DNA of 64,000 nt from positions 22,560 through 86,559 of the forward strand of contig JAPPFE010000001.1 of NCBI GenBank assembly GCA_028823955.1. Direction: 5' to 3'. The DNA is from Candidatus Dadabacteria bacterium (GTDB taxonomy: Bacteria > Desulfobacterota_D > UBA1144 > Nemesobacterales > Nemesobacteraceae). Position numbers and translations under genes: made by a program. Under the pieces are notes generated by a model. That model saw nothing but the letters and a program-made list of their open reading frames with translations, was not told the origin of the DNA and searched no databases. Of the stretch, positions 11,947-21,537 are shown piece after piece (position 1 is the first letter of the stretch; every line of letters starts with the position of its first letter).

Positions 11947-12405
11947 ATGGTGAAGACATACAAGCTGCTTGCATATCTAGTTGTGATTATCTTTCTCGCC
12001 TCCTGTGGGTCTGCTGATGAAGAGGAGATAAATCTGCTTTTGGACAAGAGAGTCAGGTCCTTTCAGCTAAAAGACCCTGAAATGTATTCTGAGTGTATAC
12101 ACGAAGATTACAGGGTAACTTCAGGGGAAAAAGTTGTTGACAAGCACGAGCTGGTAAGCAGGTTCAAGGACCAGGTATCCACCATTGACACGGTATCGTT
12201 CGGCGAATCCGAAAGATACATATACATCAACGGGACAGACGCAAGGGTAATGATGCTCTCTTCGATTGACGTAAAGATAGATAGTTATTCAATGACATAT
12301 AAAGCCAGAGAGGTTATTAACTTATCGAAAGTACTGGGGAAGTGGAGAATAACCAAGGAGTCTATGCTTAACTTGCTCAGCGGAACTATGATTCTTGATA
12401 ACTAA
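11947..12405 (+). CDS. Lipoprotein with an NTF2/SnoaL-like domain
   Basis: Lipobox FLASC; NTF2-like pattern ending in KWRIT. Confidence 0.55.
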   Translation: MVKTYKLLAYLVVIIFLASCGSADEEEINLLLDKRVRSFQLKDPEMYSECIHEDYRVTSGEKVVDKHELVSRFKDQVSTIDTVSFGESERYIYINGTDARVMMLSSIDVKIDSYSMTYKAREVINLSKVLGKWRITKESMLNLLSGTMILDN

Positions 12406-12408
12406 GAA

Positions 12409-12768
12409 CTAGCCGAATTTCTTTTCAATATCTTCCTGCTCTTCTTTACACTCTATGCAAAGAGTAGTCTCCGGTCTTGCAATCAGTCTCTGCTCCGAGA
12501 TCTCCTCTTCACACACCTCACAGATTCCGTAAGAACCATTCTCAAGTCTAGCGAGCGCGTCGCGTATTTTCCGAAGCAGCTTTCTCTCCCTGTCCCTTTC
12601 CCGCAGTTCAAGAACCCTGTTCGACTCGGATAGCGCCCTGTCAAGTGGATCTGGGAAAGAATTGGACCCCTTACTCATCCTATCAACAGTATCATAGGCA
12701 ATGCCCAGTATATCGGACATCTTCTGAATCAGGATGGTTCTTACCGTCTCCCTGGTTTCTGCCTTCAT
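12409..12768 (-). CDS. dksA: RNA polymerase-binding protein DksA (4-Cys zinc finger)
   Basis: DPLDRA coiled-coil tip; CEVC-x17-CIEC. Confidence 0.9.
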   Translation of the reverse strand: MKAETRETVRTILIQKMSDILGIAYDTVDRMSKGSNSFPDPLDRALSESNRVLELRERDRERKLLRKIRDALARLENGSYGICEVCEEEISEQRLIARPETTLCIECKEEQEDIEKKFG

Positions 12769-12840
12769 GGAGAATATTATATATACCTACGTTTTTTTGT
12801 AAATTTGACGAAACGCGACAAATACAATTAATTATCCGCC

Positions 12841-13728
12841 ATGGCGAGAATGAAGAGACTTACGATTGAGTTGCCGGGAGAAATGGCTGCACTTGTTTCA
12901 GATCTGCTCTTGGGTCTTGAAGCCGGAGCCGTTAGCGAGGAGCAAAGAGACCACGAAGAACCGTTAATTCATGCGTATTTCAAGGAAGAAATGGACATTG
13001 CGGGAATCATAACAACCGTAAGGGAGTTCTCTATGCTTTTTAGCGAAAACGCCGAGGCGGTCCGGTTCACCACCCGATACATAAATCAAGCAGACTGGGA
13101 AGGTTGGAAATCCTATTTGAAACCGGTAAGGGCGAGTCGTCGAATAGTTATCAAACCTCCATGGGAAAAACAATACAAGGCGGAGCGGGGAACCAAGGTA
13201 GTTGAAATAAACCCGGGAAACGCCTTTGGCACGGGACATCATGAAACAACAAGAATATGCGTAAGTTATCTGGACGAAATTATCGAAAAATCCCCTGGGT
13301 GTTCTGTTTTTGACGTGGGATGCGGGAGCGGTATTCTGGGTATCTGCTCAATCAAACTGGGAGCATACATTTCGTTTTGCGCAGACATTGATTTCAAGGC
13401 CGCAAAAGAAACTATCTCGAATTCCGCAAGGAACGCGACTTCCGACAAGGTAAAAGTCTGGTGTGGTTCTGCGGACTGTACACGGAAAAAATTCGACGTG
13501 GTTGTTTCTAACACATCCAAGGATACTCTTATTTCAATGAGGGAAAGTCTAAAAGAGAGACTTCTCCCCTTGGGACATCTTATAGTGTCCGGCATACAGG
13601 CAAACGAGAAACGTGAAGTGGCCGAAATTTACGGAAACTCGGGTTATGATATTGTCAGTGGGAAGGTCGAGGGCGGATGGGCCGGACTGCTCCTTAGGTT
13701 AAAGAAAACGAGAAAGCCTAAAAAATGA
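12841..13728 (+). CDS. prmA: Ribosomal protein L11 methyltransferase
   Basis: INPGNAFGTGHHETT and DVGCGSGILG motifs. Confidence 0.88.
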   Translation: MARMKRLTIELPGEMAALVSDLLLGLEAGAVSEEQRDHEEPLIHAYFKEEMDIAGIITTVREFSMLFSENAEAVRFTTRYINQADWEGWKSYLKPVRASRRIVIKPPWEKQYKAERGTKVVEINPGNAFGTGHHETTRICVSYLDEIIEKSPGCSVFDVGCGSGILGICSIKLGAYISFCADIDFKAAKETISNSARNATSDKVKVWCGSADCTRKKFDVVVSNTSKDTLISMRESLKERLLPLGHLIVSGIQANEKREVAEIYGNSGYDIVSGKVEGGWAGLLLRLKKTRKPKK

Positions 13729-14774
13729 ACTCTTTTAAAACTATAGAATGGAAAGACGACAGGGTCTTAATGATTGACCAGAGAAAGCTTCCGGGAGAGG
13801 AAGTCTACGTTGAATGCACTACTTTTGAAGAGGTGGCCGAATGTATAAGGAAACTGGTTATCAGGGGAGCCCCGGCGATAGGAATAGCGGCCGCCATGGG
13901 AATGGCTCTCGGAGCCGCGGGTATCGGAAACGATTGCTCCTATGAAAATTTCGAAGAGCGCATGAAAGCCATATCGGATCACCTGGCCCTGACGCGACCG
14001 ACAGCCGTAAATCTGTTTTGGGCCATCGCCAGAATGAACAGACTGATTTCCAAGTGCAGAGGCAAAGAAATTGAAGAGATAAAAAACCTTCTCATAACCG
14101 AGGCGATCAATATACAGAAAGAAGACATTGAGACATGCATGCAGATCGGGGAAAACGGATCCAAACTCATAAGAGAAAACTCTGTCATACTCACGCACTG
14201 CAACGCCGGAGGACTCGCCACCGCCGGTTATGGAACAGCTCTAGGGGTAATAAGGTCAGCCTTTAACCAAGGCAAGAATATAAGCGTAATATCATCAGAG
14301 ACAAGACCCGTTCTCCAAGGAGCGAGGCTCACTACGTGGGAACTTGAGCGGGATGGAATCCCGGTCCGTTTGATAACCGACAGCATGGCCGGGCATCTGA
14401 TGAGTAAGGGGATCGTGAATTCGGTCGTGGTCGGGGCTGACAGGGTAGCTTCAAATGGAGATACGGCAAACAAGATAGGAACCTATTCCCTCTCCGTCCT
14501 GGCCAAGCATCACGGCATTCCCTTTTACGTAGCGGCCCCCACTTCAACCATAGATACCGAATGCTTAAGCGGAGAGGATATTATAATTGAGCAAAGGGAA
14601 CCCGAAGAAGTAACGCACATAGACGGGAAAAGAATAAGTGCGGAAGTAACCGCAATCAATCCCGCTTTTGACATTACACCGGCCGAAAATATCGAATGCC
14701 TGATAACTGAAGTCGGACTGTTTAAAAAACCCTATACTAAATCTCTCGGCAGACTTAAAAAGAAAGATCAGTAA
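13725..14774 (+). CDS. mtnA: S-methyl-5-thioribose-1-phosphate isomerase
   Basis: IRGAPAIG, RPTAVNL, THCNAG, ETRPVLQGARLT and NKIGTY motifs. Confidence 0.93.
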   Translation: MNSFKTIEWKDDRVLMIDQRKLPGEEVYVECTTFEEVAECIRKLVIRGAPAIGIAAAMGMALGAAGIGNDCSYENFEERMKAISDHLALTRPTAVNLFWAIARMNRLISKCRGKEIEEIKNLLITEAINIQKEDIETCMQIGENGSKLIRENSVILTHCNAGGLATAGYGTALGVIRSAFNQGKNISVISSETRPVLQGARLTTWELERDGIPVRLITDSMAGHLMSKGIVNSVVVGADRVASNGDTANKIGTYSLSVLAKHHGIPFYVAAPTSTIDTECLSGEDIIIEQREPEEVTHIDGKRISAEVTAINPAFDITPAENIECLITEVGLFKKPYTKSLGRLKKKDQ

Positions 14775-15226
14775 TCTCCCCTTTCAATTTCCTCCTGAGC
14801 TTCGACGCTCAGTTTCGTAAAGGGCATGACCATCAGCCTCTCTTCGCCTATTTTTTCCCCTGTAACCTCGCAGAAACCATATTCCCCGTTTTCAATCCTC
14901 TTTAGAGCATCATCTATCTGGTGCAGTTTGCTGCGCTCCCTGTTCGAAAGAGTAAGGGCAAGTTCTCTCTGCCTGTCTTCGGATGCGTGATCATAAAAAT
15001 CTCCGACATTGAAACGCAGATGATCCGATTCCTCTTTCATTGATCGGGTTACATCTTTAAGCAGTTCCTTTCTCATCTCTTTAAGCATGGCAGTCATCTG
15101 GTTAAGGAACTTCTTTGTATATTTTCTGGGGTTGGTTCTCCTCGACTTAGCTTTTGTTCCGGTCGCCGCAGAAGAACTTTCCTTCGAGGTCTTTTTTTCA
15201 GGCTTCTCCTTTTTTACTCTGGGCAC
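14768..15226 (-). CDS. Second TraR/DksA-family protein, single-Cys (probably zinc-free), with a Lys-rich N-terminus
   Basis: DFYDHA tip; CEVT-x17-SVEA; GTG start after a GGAGGAG RBS. Confidence 0.85.
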   Translation of the reverse strand: MPRVKKEKPEKKTSKESSSAATGTKAKSRRTNPRKYTKKFLNQMTAMLKEMRKELLKDVTRSMKEESDHLRFNVGDFYDHASEDRQRELALTLSNRERSKLHQIDDALKRIENGEYGFCEVTGEKIGEERLMVMPFTKLSVEAQEEIERGDY

Positions 15227-15390
15227 GTTGACTCCTCCGGTAATCAAAGTCTAAAATTTTTAGGGTGAATTAAGATAAAATTATTATTCCTTTTGTCAAT
15301 ACCGGTTGTTGCCAGCAATTGGGGACTATTATCTTGTCATATTCCCCGCCTCGGTGATAATATAGCTTTCTCAATTGTGACCCTTCCGAA

Positions 15391-16947
15391 ATGAAAAAAG
15401 GCTCTAACAATAGGGACGCCTGGGCGACCAAGACAGGCCTTATATTAGCCATGGCGGGCAACGCCATAGGCCTCGGCAACTTTCTTAGATTTCCAACGCA
15501 GGCCGCGGAAAACGGCGGCGGCGCTTTTATGATCCCCTATTTTATAGCATTTATCCTGATAGGGATTCCGATCATGTGGATGGAATGGGGAATGGGAAGG
15601 TATGGAGGGTCTCGCGGGCACGGAACAACCCCCGCAATATTCAATCTTTTCTGGAAAAGCCCCATTTCCAAAACCCTTGGCGTTATAGGGCTCTGGATAC
15701 CCCTTGTCGTAACAATTTACTACGTTTACATTGAATCCTGGACCTTGGGATACGCTCTGCATTTTCTCCTAGGAAGCAATCCCAGTCTCGATCCGGGGTC
15801 GGTTTCAAACGCCGCGGAGTACGTAAAACCCTACAGCAGCTTTCTCGCCGATTATCTCGGTGCGGGAGACGGGGTGTTCCTCACCCCTTCCAAGATGGCC
15901 ATTATCGCCTTTGTAATTACAATCAGTGCAAATTTCTACATCATGCTAAGAGGAATATCGGGAGGCATAGAGATATTCGTCAAGTATGCCCTCCCCATGC
16001 TGTTTGTCCTGGCGATAATACTCGTAGTAAAAACTCTGACGCTCAAGACTGATTACGGAACCGCGATAGATGGGCTTAACTTTCTCTGGAATCCCGACTT
16101 TGAAGCCCTTAAGAACCCGAAAGTATGGATAGCGGCGGCCGGGCAGATTTTCTTTACGCTGAGTCTGGCTTTCGGAGCAATAGTTGCGTACGCATCCTAC
16201 ATAAAGATTGATGATGACGTAACCCTAAGCGGCCTGACTTCGGCAACTCTTAACGAGACAGTGGAGGTGATTCTCGGGGGCTCGATAGCCATTCCGGCTG
16301 CAGTGGCGTTCTTCGGAGTCGCAAGTGTGGTCACCGTAGCACAATCAGGTGCATTCAGCTTGGGATTCGTAAGCCTCCCCGCAGTGTTCAGCAGCATTTC
16401 GGGAAGCCTAGGAGGAGTTGAGGCGGGCAGAATCTTCGGATTCTTGTGGTTTTTTCTCCTGTTTTTCGCCGGCATGACCTCGTCCGTAGCTATAGCATAT
16501 CCCGTAGTAACCTTCCTTCAGGATGAGTTCCGCATCTCGAGAGAAAGAGCTGTCGTATACACCATGCTGATAATAATTGTAAGCGTGCTGCCGGTGATAC
16601 TGATAAGCCAGGTCCTTGACGAATGGGATTTCTGGGCCGGCACCATAATGCTCGTCGTATTCGGATTCATTGAAATTGTAATGTTCATGTGGGTATTCGG
16701 GGCCGATAAAGCTTGGAATGAAATAAACTCGGGGGGATTTATAAAGGCGCCACGGGTTTTTTACTACATCCTAAAATATCTGACGCCGTTTTTCCTTCTG
16801 ATTCTCATGTCGTGGTGGGGATACAGCAGTCTGCCTTCGATAATCGGAGAGACTAGCTGGAATATCTGGTTTGCTAGGCTTTATATTGCAGGGTTGTTTG
16901 TTTTCCTTTTAGCTATGGTTTATATTGCCGGTAGGAGGGAAAGATAA
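15391..16947 (+). CDS. Sodium-dependent amino-acid transporter, NSS family (LeuT-like)
   Basis: [44 protein letters not shown] and FFAGMTSS motifs; many TM segments. Confidence 0.93.
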   Translation: MKKGSNNRDAWATKTGLILAMAGNAIGLGNFLRFPTQAAENGGGAFMIPYFIAFILIGIPIMWMEWGMGRYGGSRGHGTTPAIFNLFWKSPISKTLGVIGLWIPLVVTIYYVYIESWTLGYALHFLLGSNPSLDPGSVSNAAEYVKPYSSFLADYLGAGDGVFLTPSKMAIIAFVITISANFYIMLRGISGGIEIFVKYALPMLFVLAIILVVKTLTLKTDYGTAIDGLNFLWNPDFEALKNPKVWIAAAGQIFFTLSLAFGAIVAYASYIKIDDDVTLSGLTSATLNETVEVILGGSIAIPAAVAFFGVASVVTVAQSGAFSLGFVSLPAVFSSISGSLGGVEAGRIFGFLWFFLLFFAGMTSSVAIAYPVVTFLQDEFRISRERAVVYTMLIIIVSVLPVILISQVLDEWDFWAGTIMLVVFGFIEIVMFMWVFGADKAWNEINSGGFIKAPRVFYYILKYLTPFFLLILMSWWGYSSLPSIIGETSWNIWFARLYIAGLFVFLLAMVYIAGRRER

Positions 16948-17045
16948 TGGATTTCGCCGCTGCACTCTTCATGTTTATCTCTTGGGCAAGCGTCTTGAGT
17001 CTTCTCTCTTTCTGCCTGATAAAATTCCACAGAAACCCCAAGTAG
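16947..17045 (+). CDS. 32-aa single-TM peptide, putative MetS-like small subunit of the NSS transporter
   Basis: TAATG stop/start overlap with the transporter; AGGAGG RBS; sequence [32 protein letters not shown]. Confidence 0.6.
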   Translation: MDFAAALFMFISWASVLSLLSFCLIKFHRNPK

Positions 17046-17108
17046 CTGCCGCGGTAGCATCTTAAGATGTTCCGCGACCTTGGTTGGCAACCAGCAGGTG
17101 TTGCCGGC

Positions 17109-18458
17109 TTAGCCCTGTTCCGTTTCTTTTTGAAGAACTTCCTTGGGTTTTCCGATACGGAGAATTCTTATAACGTCTTCAAGCTGGTGTATCAAAAAGA
17201 GGGTAAGAGCAAAAGACGTAGCGAAAAGAACTAGGGAGTTTCCTCCGATTATCGCTATGAGAACTAACCCGGCCGAATAATAATTTCTCCTCCCCAAAAA
17301 GCGAAGACGGGCAAGCAGTTTCCTTAGGAGGGAAAGCTCCTCGGGATTGATATGCTTGTCGACTTCAAAGTACGCAACCAGACTGCCGGAATCTGTGTAC
17401 TTTATCAGAAAGTAAAACGACCATATCAGAAACAGGATGAAGATGATGATATTATAGGTTCCTAGGATCACCGCAACGGTGCTTCCGGTCTGAAGATAAT
17501 ATCCAACAGGAACTCCGATCAGGAAGGAAAGCACTGTGAACTGGTCACTTATGGTATCAACCCACTGCCCTTTTTTTGTCTCCATAAGCTTTATTCTCGC
17601 AACTTCTCCGTCACACCTGTCCAAAACAGTTGCCACCTGCATGAAAAGAGCACCGAGCACCGGATGACCAAGGGCGTAAAGCGGCCCGCAGAGCACCCCT
17701 ATCAGGTTAATCAGAACGCTAACAGCGTTAGGCGTAAGAGATGTTCTTATCAGGAGCTTGCTCAAAGGAAGAGACATCCGGCCGTTTATATTTCTGGCTA
17801 TCCATCCGGTAGCCGTTTTACCTACGTGAGAAAAGATGATTCTTTCCGCTTCTTTTCGAGATTCCTTGGTATCCGAAAGGCGATACCAGTACCCGCTGTC
17901 GGCACTGAAGATTCTCATACGGTTCCGGGTGGCCTCGTCACCAAGCCAAGTATTGAGCCCGGCAGCCGAAAGCACAGATGGGACTTCTGTGAAGTTTACG
18001 GAGAAAGCGCCAAAGACGCTGCTTCCTCCACCGAAATACTTGGTTACGTAACCGGTTTCCCTGTCCATGCCAACAACAGGATCAGCGTCCTGCTGAACAA
18101 GCACAGAAAACTCATCCTCGCGGCAATCAGATGAATCACGAATGAATTTTTCAAGGGAATTGGAGTTTGTGACAACCAGAGAGGATTCTAAAATAAGAAC
18201 CCTGCCCGAATCTATCGACAGCGACTCTCCAGGTGGGACCCAGTTTATGTCCGATGTGATTCTCGGGTCATCAATAAGCAGGTTTTTTAGAAGACCCGCG
18301 TTGTCGGTAATTATATGAAACTGCTCAGTTCCGGCACGTTGACAATTTATTATAATTCTTTTGAGTTGAGGGACTTGCGCTATCGATTTGCTTGGGAATT
18401 TGGATAGATCCTCGCCATTTGTTCCTGTGCCAGAACAAAGTACAATAGCGTCTTTCAT
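17109..18458 (-). CDS. CDP-alcohol phosphotransferase with a degenerate N-terminal nucleotidyltransferase-like domain
   Basis: LTPNAVS and DRCDGEVAR...GQWVDTISD CDP-AP motif; N-terminus AIVLCSGTGT resembles an eroded LAAGxGTR. Confidence 0.85.
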   Translation of the reverse strand: MKDAIVLCSGTGTNGEDLSKFPSKSIAQVPQLKRIIINCQRAGTEQFHIITDNAGLLKNLLIDDPRITSDINWVPPGESLSIDSGRVLILESSLVVTNSNSLEKFIRDSSDCREDEFSVLVQQDADPVVGMDRETGYVTKYFGGGSSVFGAFSVNFTEVPSVLSAAGLNTWLGDEATRNRMRIFSADSGYWYRLSDTKESRKEAERIIFSHVGKTATGWIARNINGRMSLPLSKLLIRTSLTPNAVSVLINLIGVLCGPLYALGHPVLGALFMQVATVLDRCDGEVARIKLMETKKGQWVDTISDQFTVLSFLIGVPVGYYLQTGSTVAVILGTYNIIIFILFLIWSFYFLIKYTDSGSLVAYFEVDKHINPEELSLLRKLLARLRFLGRRNYYSAGLVLIAIIGGNSLVLFATSFALTLFLIHQLEDVIRILRIGKPKEVLQKETEQG

Positions 18459-18464
18459 GGCAGA

Positions 18465-19247
18465 TTATTCGGAGGAGTCAACAACTCTCAGAAGATTTGG
18501 GGCACGGTATTCCTTTTTCAAGAATCTGTCAGCCTGTTTTCTCGCCCTGAAAAGATCTAGCGGACAGTCGACATCCATCCAGTAAAGTTCGCCTATATCG
18601 AGGGGCTTGATTTTATACCCCTTGCTTATAAGCCTGTGTATTGAGGAAATGTACCATTTGCCTTCGGCACCGGGATTCCTCATCTCTTCCTCAACCGCCC
18701 TTTTGAGCAGTTCAACACCTGTATCCCTGAACACTCTTATGCCGACTGATTCGGCGGAGGTCTCGGCGTTTGAAATCTCCTTGCTTATCTTCGTGATTCT
18801 GCTGTCGTTGACAACAACTTTCATGTCCTCCCTTTCATATCGAGATCTCTTTTTTATGGGAAGACAGATTTTTTCATCCCTGACTGCAAGCGCCTTGTCC
18901 AGAACACCTATCTCGTATACATCGTCTCCGTTCATGACCACTAAATCTTCGTCAAATTCGCTCCTGGCTATCCAGAGAGACACAAGGCTGTTTGTAGATT
19001 GATAGAATGGATTGTAAAGGGTGTTGATTCTCATTCCCAGGCCATCGTAGTTCCTTAGGAAATCCTCCACTCTCTCAAAACCGAAACCCACGACGATCAC
19101 AACTTCGTTTATGCCGCAGTCCCTTATAAGGTTTATCTGGTGTTCAAGTATGGATATATTCCCAATATCAAGAAGACACTTGGGCTTGTCGTGAGTGTAG
19201 GGATATAGTCTAGTTCCCCTACCCGCTGCAAGTATTATAGCTTTCAT
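18465..19247 (-). CDS. Phosphocholine/phosphonate/inositol-phosphate cytidylyltransferase family NTP transferase
   Basis: MKAIILAAGRGTRL, KPKCLL, NPFYQSTNSLVSL, NGD, EDMKV and WMDVDCPLD motifs. Confidence 0.85.
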   Translation of the reverse strand: MKAIILAAGRGTRLYPYTHDKPKCLLDIGNISILEHQINLIRDCGINEVVIVVGFGFERVEDFLRNYDGLGMRINTLYNPFYQSTNSLVSLWIARSEFDEDLVVMNGDDVYEIGVLDKALAVRDEKICLPIKKRSRYEREDMKVVVNDSRITKISKEISNAETSAESVGIRVFRDTGVELLKRAVEEEMRNPGAEGKWYISSIHRLISKGYKIKPLDIGELYWMDVDCPLDLFRARKQADRFLKKEYRAPNLLRVVDSSE

Positions 19248-19363
19248 AAGTCAGATTTTTTAAATAGAAAGTCATACACCCGTGGAATCGAGAAAAGCAG
19301 ACGATAACCCCGGCGAAAAACACGAGGAATAACGCCTTATTTCTTCAACATCCTCCGGGAGCT

Positions 19364-19392
19364 AATGTAACTATAGGAGCTAGGTATGTCAA
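19364..19392 (-). promoter_or_regulatory. Sigma70 promoter of the NTP transferase / CDP-alcohol phosphotransferase pair
   Basis: TTGACA-17 bp-TACATT on the minus strand, about 110 nt upstream of the ATG. Confidence 0.6.
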
Positions 19393-19446
19393 ACAGGGCT
19401 TTAATCCGCAAAGTCTTACGCAGGTTTTGGCTGAAACAAGGGGAAG

Positions 19447-19839
19447 TCACCCATCGGTCGCAAGTTTAAGACCGTTAATTCCAGATTTTATGCTGATTAT
19501 ATTGTTCATCTCATCAACGTATATAAGCTTGGGTCTGTGTGTTTGGCTCTGTTCTTCATCATAGATTGCAAAATCCGCTATTATCAAGCAATCGCCTTTT
19601 CTCGCAAGATGCGCCGCCGCACCGTTTACACAAACTATGTTTGAACCTCTCGCGCCTTCAATCACGTAGGTTGAAAAACGGTGGCCATTGGTCAGATTGA
19701 AAATGTGAACCTCTTCATAGGGAAACAGATCCGCTACGTCCATGAGATTTCTATCAAGCGTAAGACTCCCTTCATAATCCAACTCGGCATCAGTTACCGT
19801 AACTCTGTGTAGTTTGGATTTAAGGAGTACTCTCTGCAT
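19447..19839 (-). CDS. panD: Aspartate 1-decarboxylase
   Basis: KSKLHRVTVT..L.YEGS (Gly-Ser cleavage site), NGHRFSTY and NGAAA motifs. Confidence 0.95.
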   Translation of the reverse strand: MQRVLLKSKLHRVTVTDAELDYEGSLTLDRNLMDVADLFPYEEVHIFNLTNGHRFSTYVIEGARGSNIVCVNGAAAHLARKGDCLIIADFAIYDEEQSQTHRPKLIYVDEMNNIISIKSGINGLKLATDG

Positions 19840-19849
19840 TACCAACCTC

Positions 19850-20707
19850 TTAAAGCATAATATTATCGATAAGCCTGGTATCGTCCAGCCTCACGGCCAG
19901 CGCCACCAAATCACCCTCCGCGGCTCTGTGCCGGAGCTCTAGGGTTTCAGGGTCTCTTATCTCAATATAATCAATATCATTAATTTGAGCCATACGCAAT
20001 ACCCTATCTGCCTCGGCAAGCAGAATTTTGCAGTCATCGCAACCGCTTTTGAACTTCTTTCTGATCTCTCCCAGGGCTTTGCTCACCGAAGCCGCCTTGA
20101 TTCTCTGCTCCGCGCTGAGGTAAGCGTTTCTTGAGCTCATGGCAAGTCCGTCAGGTTCCCGTACTATCGGCATTTCCACTATCTCGATGTCCATATCAAA
20201 ATCCCGTACCATCTTCTGAACAATCTTAAGCTGCTGGTAGTCCTTTCTTCCAAACACCGCAAAATCCGGACGGACAATGTTAAACAGCTTAAGCACAACC
20301 GTCGCTACCCCGTCAAAATGCCCCGGCCTGAAAGGACCGCAGAGGCAGTCCCCAAGATTTCCCACAGAAACCGTGGTCTGAAAGCCGTCGGGATAAATAT
20401 CGCTTATATCCGGATAAAACAGATAGTTAACGCCGCAGCGCGCGAGTTTTTCCACGTCGCCTTCGTAGTCCCTTTCGTAACGATCAAAGTCCTCACCGGG
20501 TCCGAACTGAGTGGGGTTAACAAAAACACTTGCGACCGTCACGTCCGCCCTTCTAACCGATTCCTCCACGAGGGTAATATGCCCTGTGTGCAGGGCCCCC
20601 ATAGTGGGAACAAAGCCGAGTTTCTTGCCCGCTTTCCTGCAAGCATCGGAAATCCTCTTCATGTCGGAAGGGCAGTTGAGCACAGAAAGCGCCCCCGCAC
20701 TATCCAT
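19850..20707 (-). CDS. panC: Pantoate-beta-alanine ligase
   Basis: VPTMGALHTGH, FVNPTQF, RPGHFDGV and GLAMSSRN motifs. Confidence 0.96.
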   Translation of the reverse strand: MDSAGALSVLNCPSDMKRISDACRKAGKKLGFVPTMGALHTGHITLVEESVRRADVTVASVFVNPTQFGPGEDFDRYERDYEGDVEKLARCGVNYLFYPDISDIYPDGFQTTVSVGNLGDCLCGPFRPGHFDGVATVVLKLFNIVRPDFAVFGRKDYQQLKIVQKMVRDFDMDIEIVEMPIVREPDGLAMSSRNAYLSAEQRIKAASVSKALGEIRKKFKSGCDDCKILLAEADRVLRMAQINDIDYIEIRDPETLELRHRAAEGDLVALAVRLDDTRLIDNIML

Positions 20708-21500
20708 AAGACTGCTCCTGCGAAGGAAAAGTCCCTTTTTTTACCTCTTTCACGTATTTTTTTGTTGAATCGGAGATTGTCTTTGCAACCTTCGCGTATT
20801 TCTTGACGAACTTGGGGAGTGGCTCCGGCGTCAGGCCTATCATGTCGTTTACAACAAGCACCTGTCCGTCGCAATCCCCCCCAGACCCTATCCCGACTGT
20901 CGGTATTCCTAGACTCTCGGTAACATCTCTGGCCACCTCAGACAAAACGCTTTCGATAACCACCATGAAAGCGCCCGCCTGCTCACAGGACTTGGCGAGA
21001 TCCAAAAGCGTTTCGCGCTCGCCCGGCAGACTTCCCTGTACCTTGTAACCACCCATTACGTGAACAGACTGCGGACAAAGCCCTATATGAGCAACAACGG
21101 GAATCCCGGCTTTCTGGATGCGGTACACGGTATCAACGTATGCATCATTTACCTCAAGCTTAACCGACTCAGCCCTCCCTTCCTTTAAAAGTCTTCCGGC
21201 GCTCTCTATAGCATCTTCGGGAGATTTCTGATAGGAAAGAAAGGGCATATCCGTGCACAGATGGGCCCGGTTCACACCTCTTGAAACAATCTTCGTGTGA
21301 TAAATCATTTCATCCAGCGTAACCGAAAGCGTATCTTCAAGGCCCTGAACCACATTGCCTAGAGAATCTCCAACCAGAACCACATCTACTCCCGCTGCGT
21401 CCACTATCGCGGCAATGGTAGCATCGTACGCCGTTATCATGGCGATTTTCTCACCCTGCTCCTTCATCTTACGAAAATCAGTTGTTCTCAGTTTTTTCAT
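20700..21500 (-). CDS. panB: 3-methyl-2-oxobutanoate hydroxymethyltransferase
   Basis: MITAYD, LVGDSLG, HIGLCPQ and CDGQVLV motifs. Confidence 0.96.
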   Translation of the reverse strand: MKKLRTTDFRKMKEQGEKIAMITAYDATIAAIVDAAGVDVVLVGDSLGNVVQGLEDTLSVTLDEMIYHTKIVSRGVNRAHLCTDMPFLSYQKSPEDAIESAGRLLKEGRAESVKLEVNDAYVDTVYRIQKAGIPVVAHIGLCPQSVHVMGGYKVQGSLPGERETLLDLAKSCEQAGAFMVVIESVLSEVARDVTESLGIPTVGIGSGGDCDGQVLVVNDMIGLTPEPLPKFVKKYAKVAKTISDSTKKYVKEVKKGTFPSQEQSYG

Positions 21501-21537
21501 TATTCGACTCTATCTCTTTTTCGAAACCGCTAGGGAA

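Noticed and set aside
13725-14774. mtnA as a partner of the aldolase-fold protein (methionine salvage or 5-deoxyribose disposal)
   Set aside because: About 10 kb apart and on opposite strands; no sequence evidence links them.
15270-15292. AT-rich near-palindrome upstream of the 1-Cys DksA as a Zur/Fur box
   Set aside because: Poor match to the consensus; indistinguishable from ordinary promoter AT-richness.
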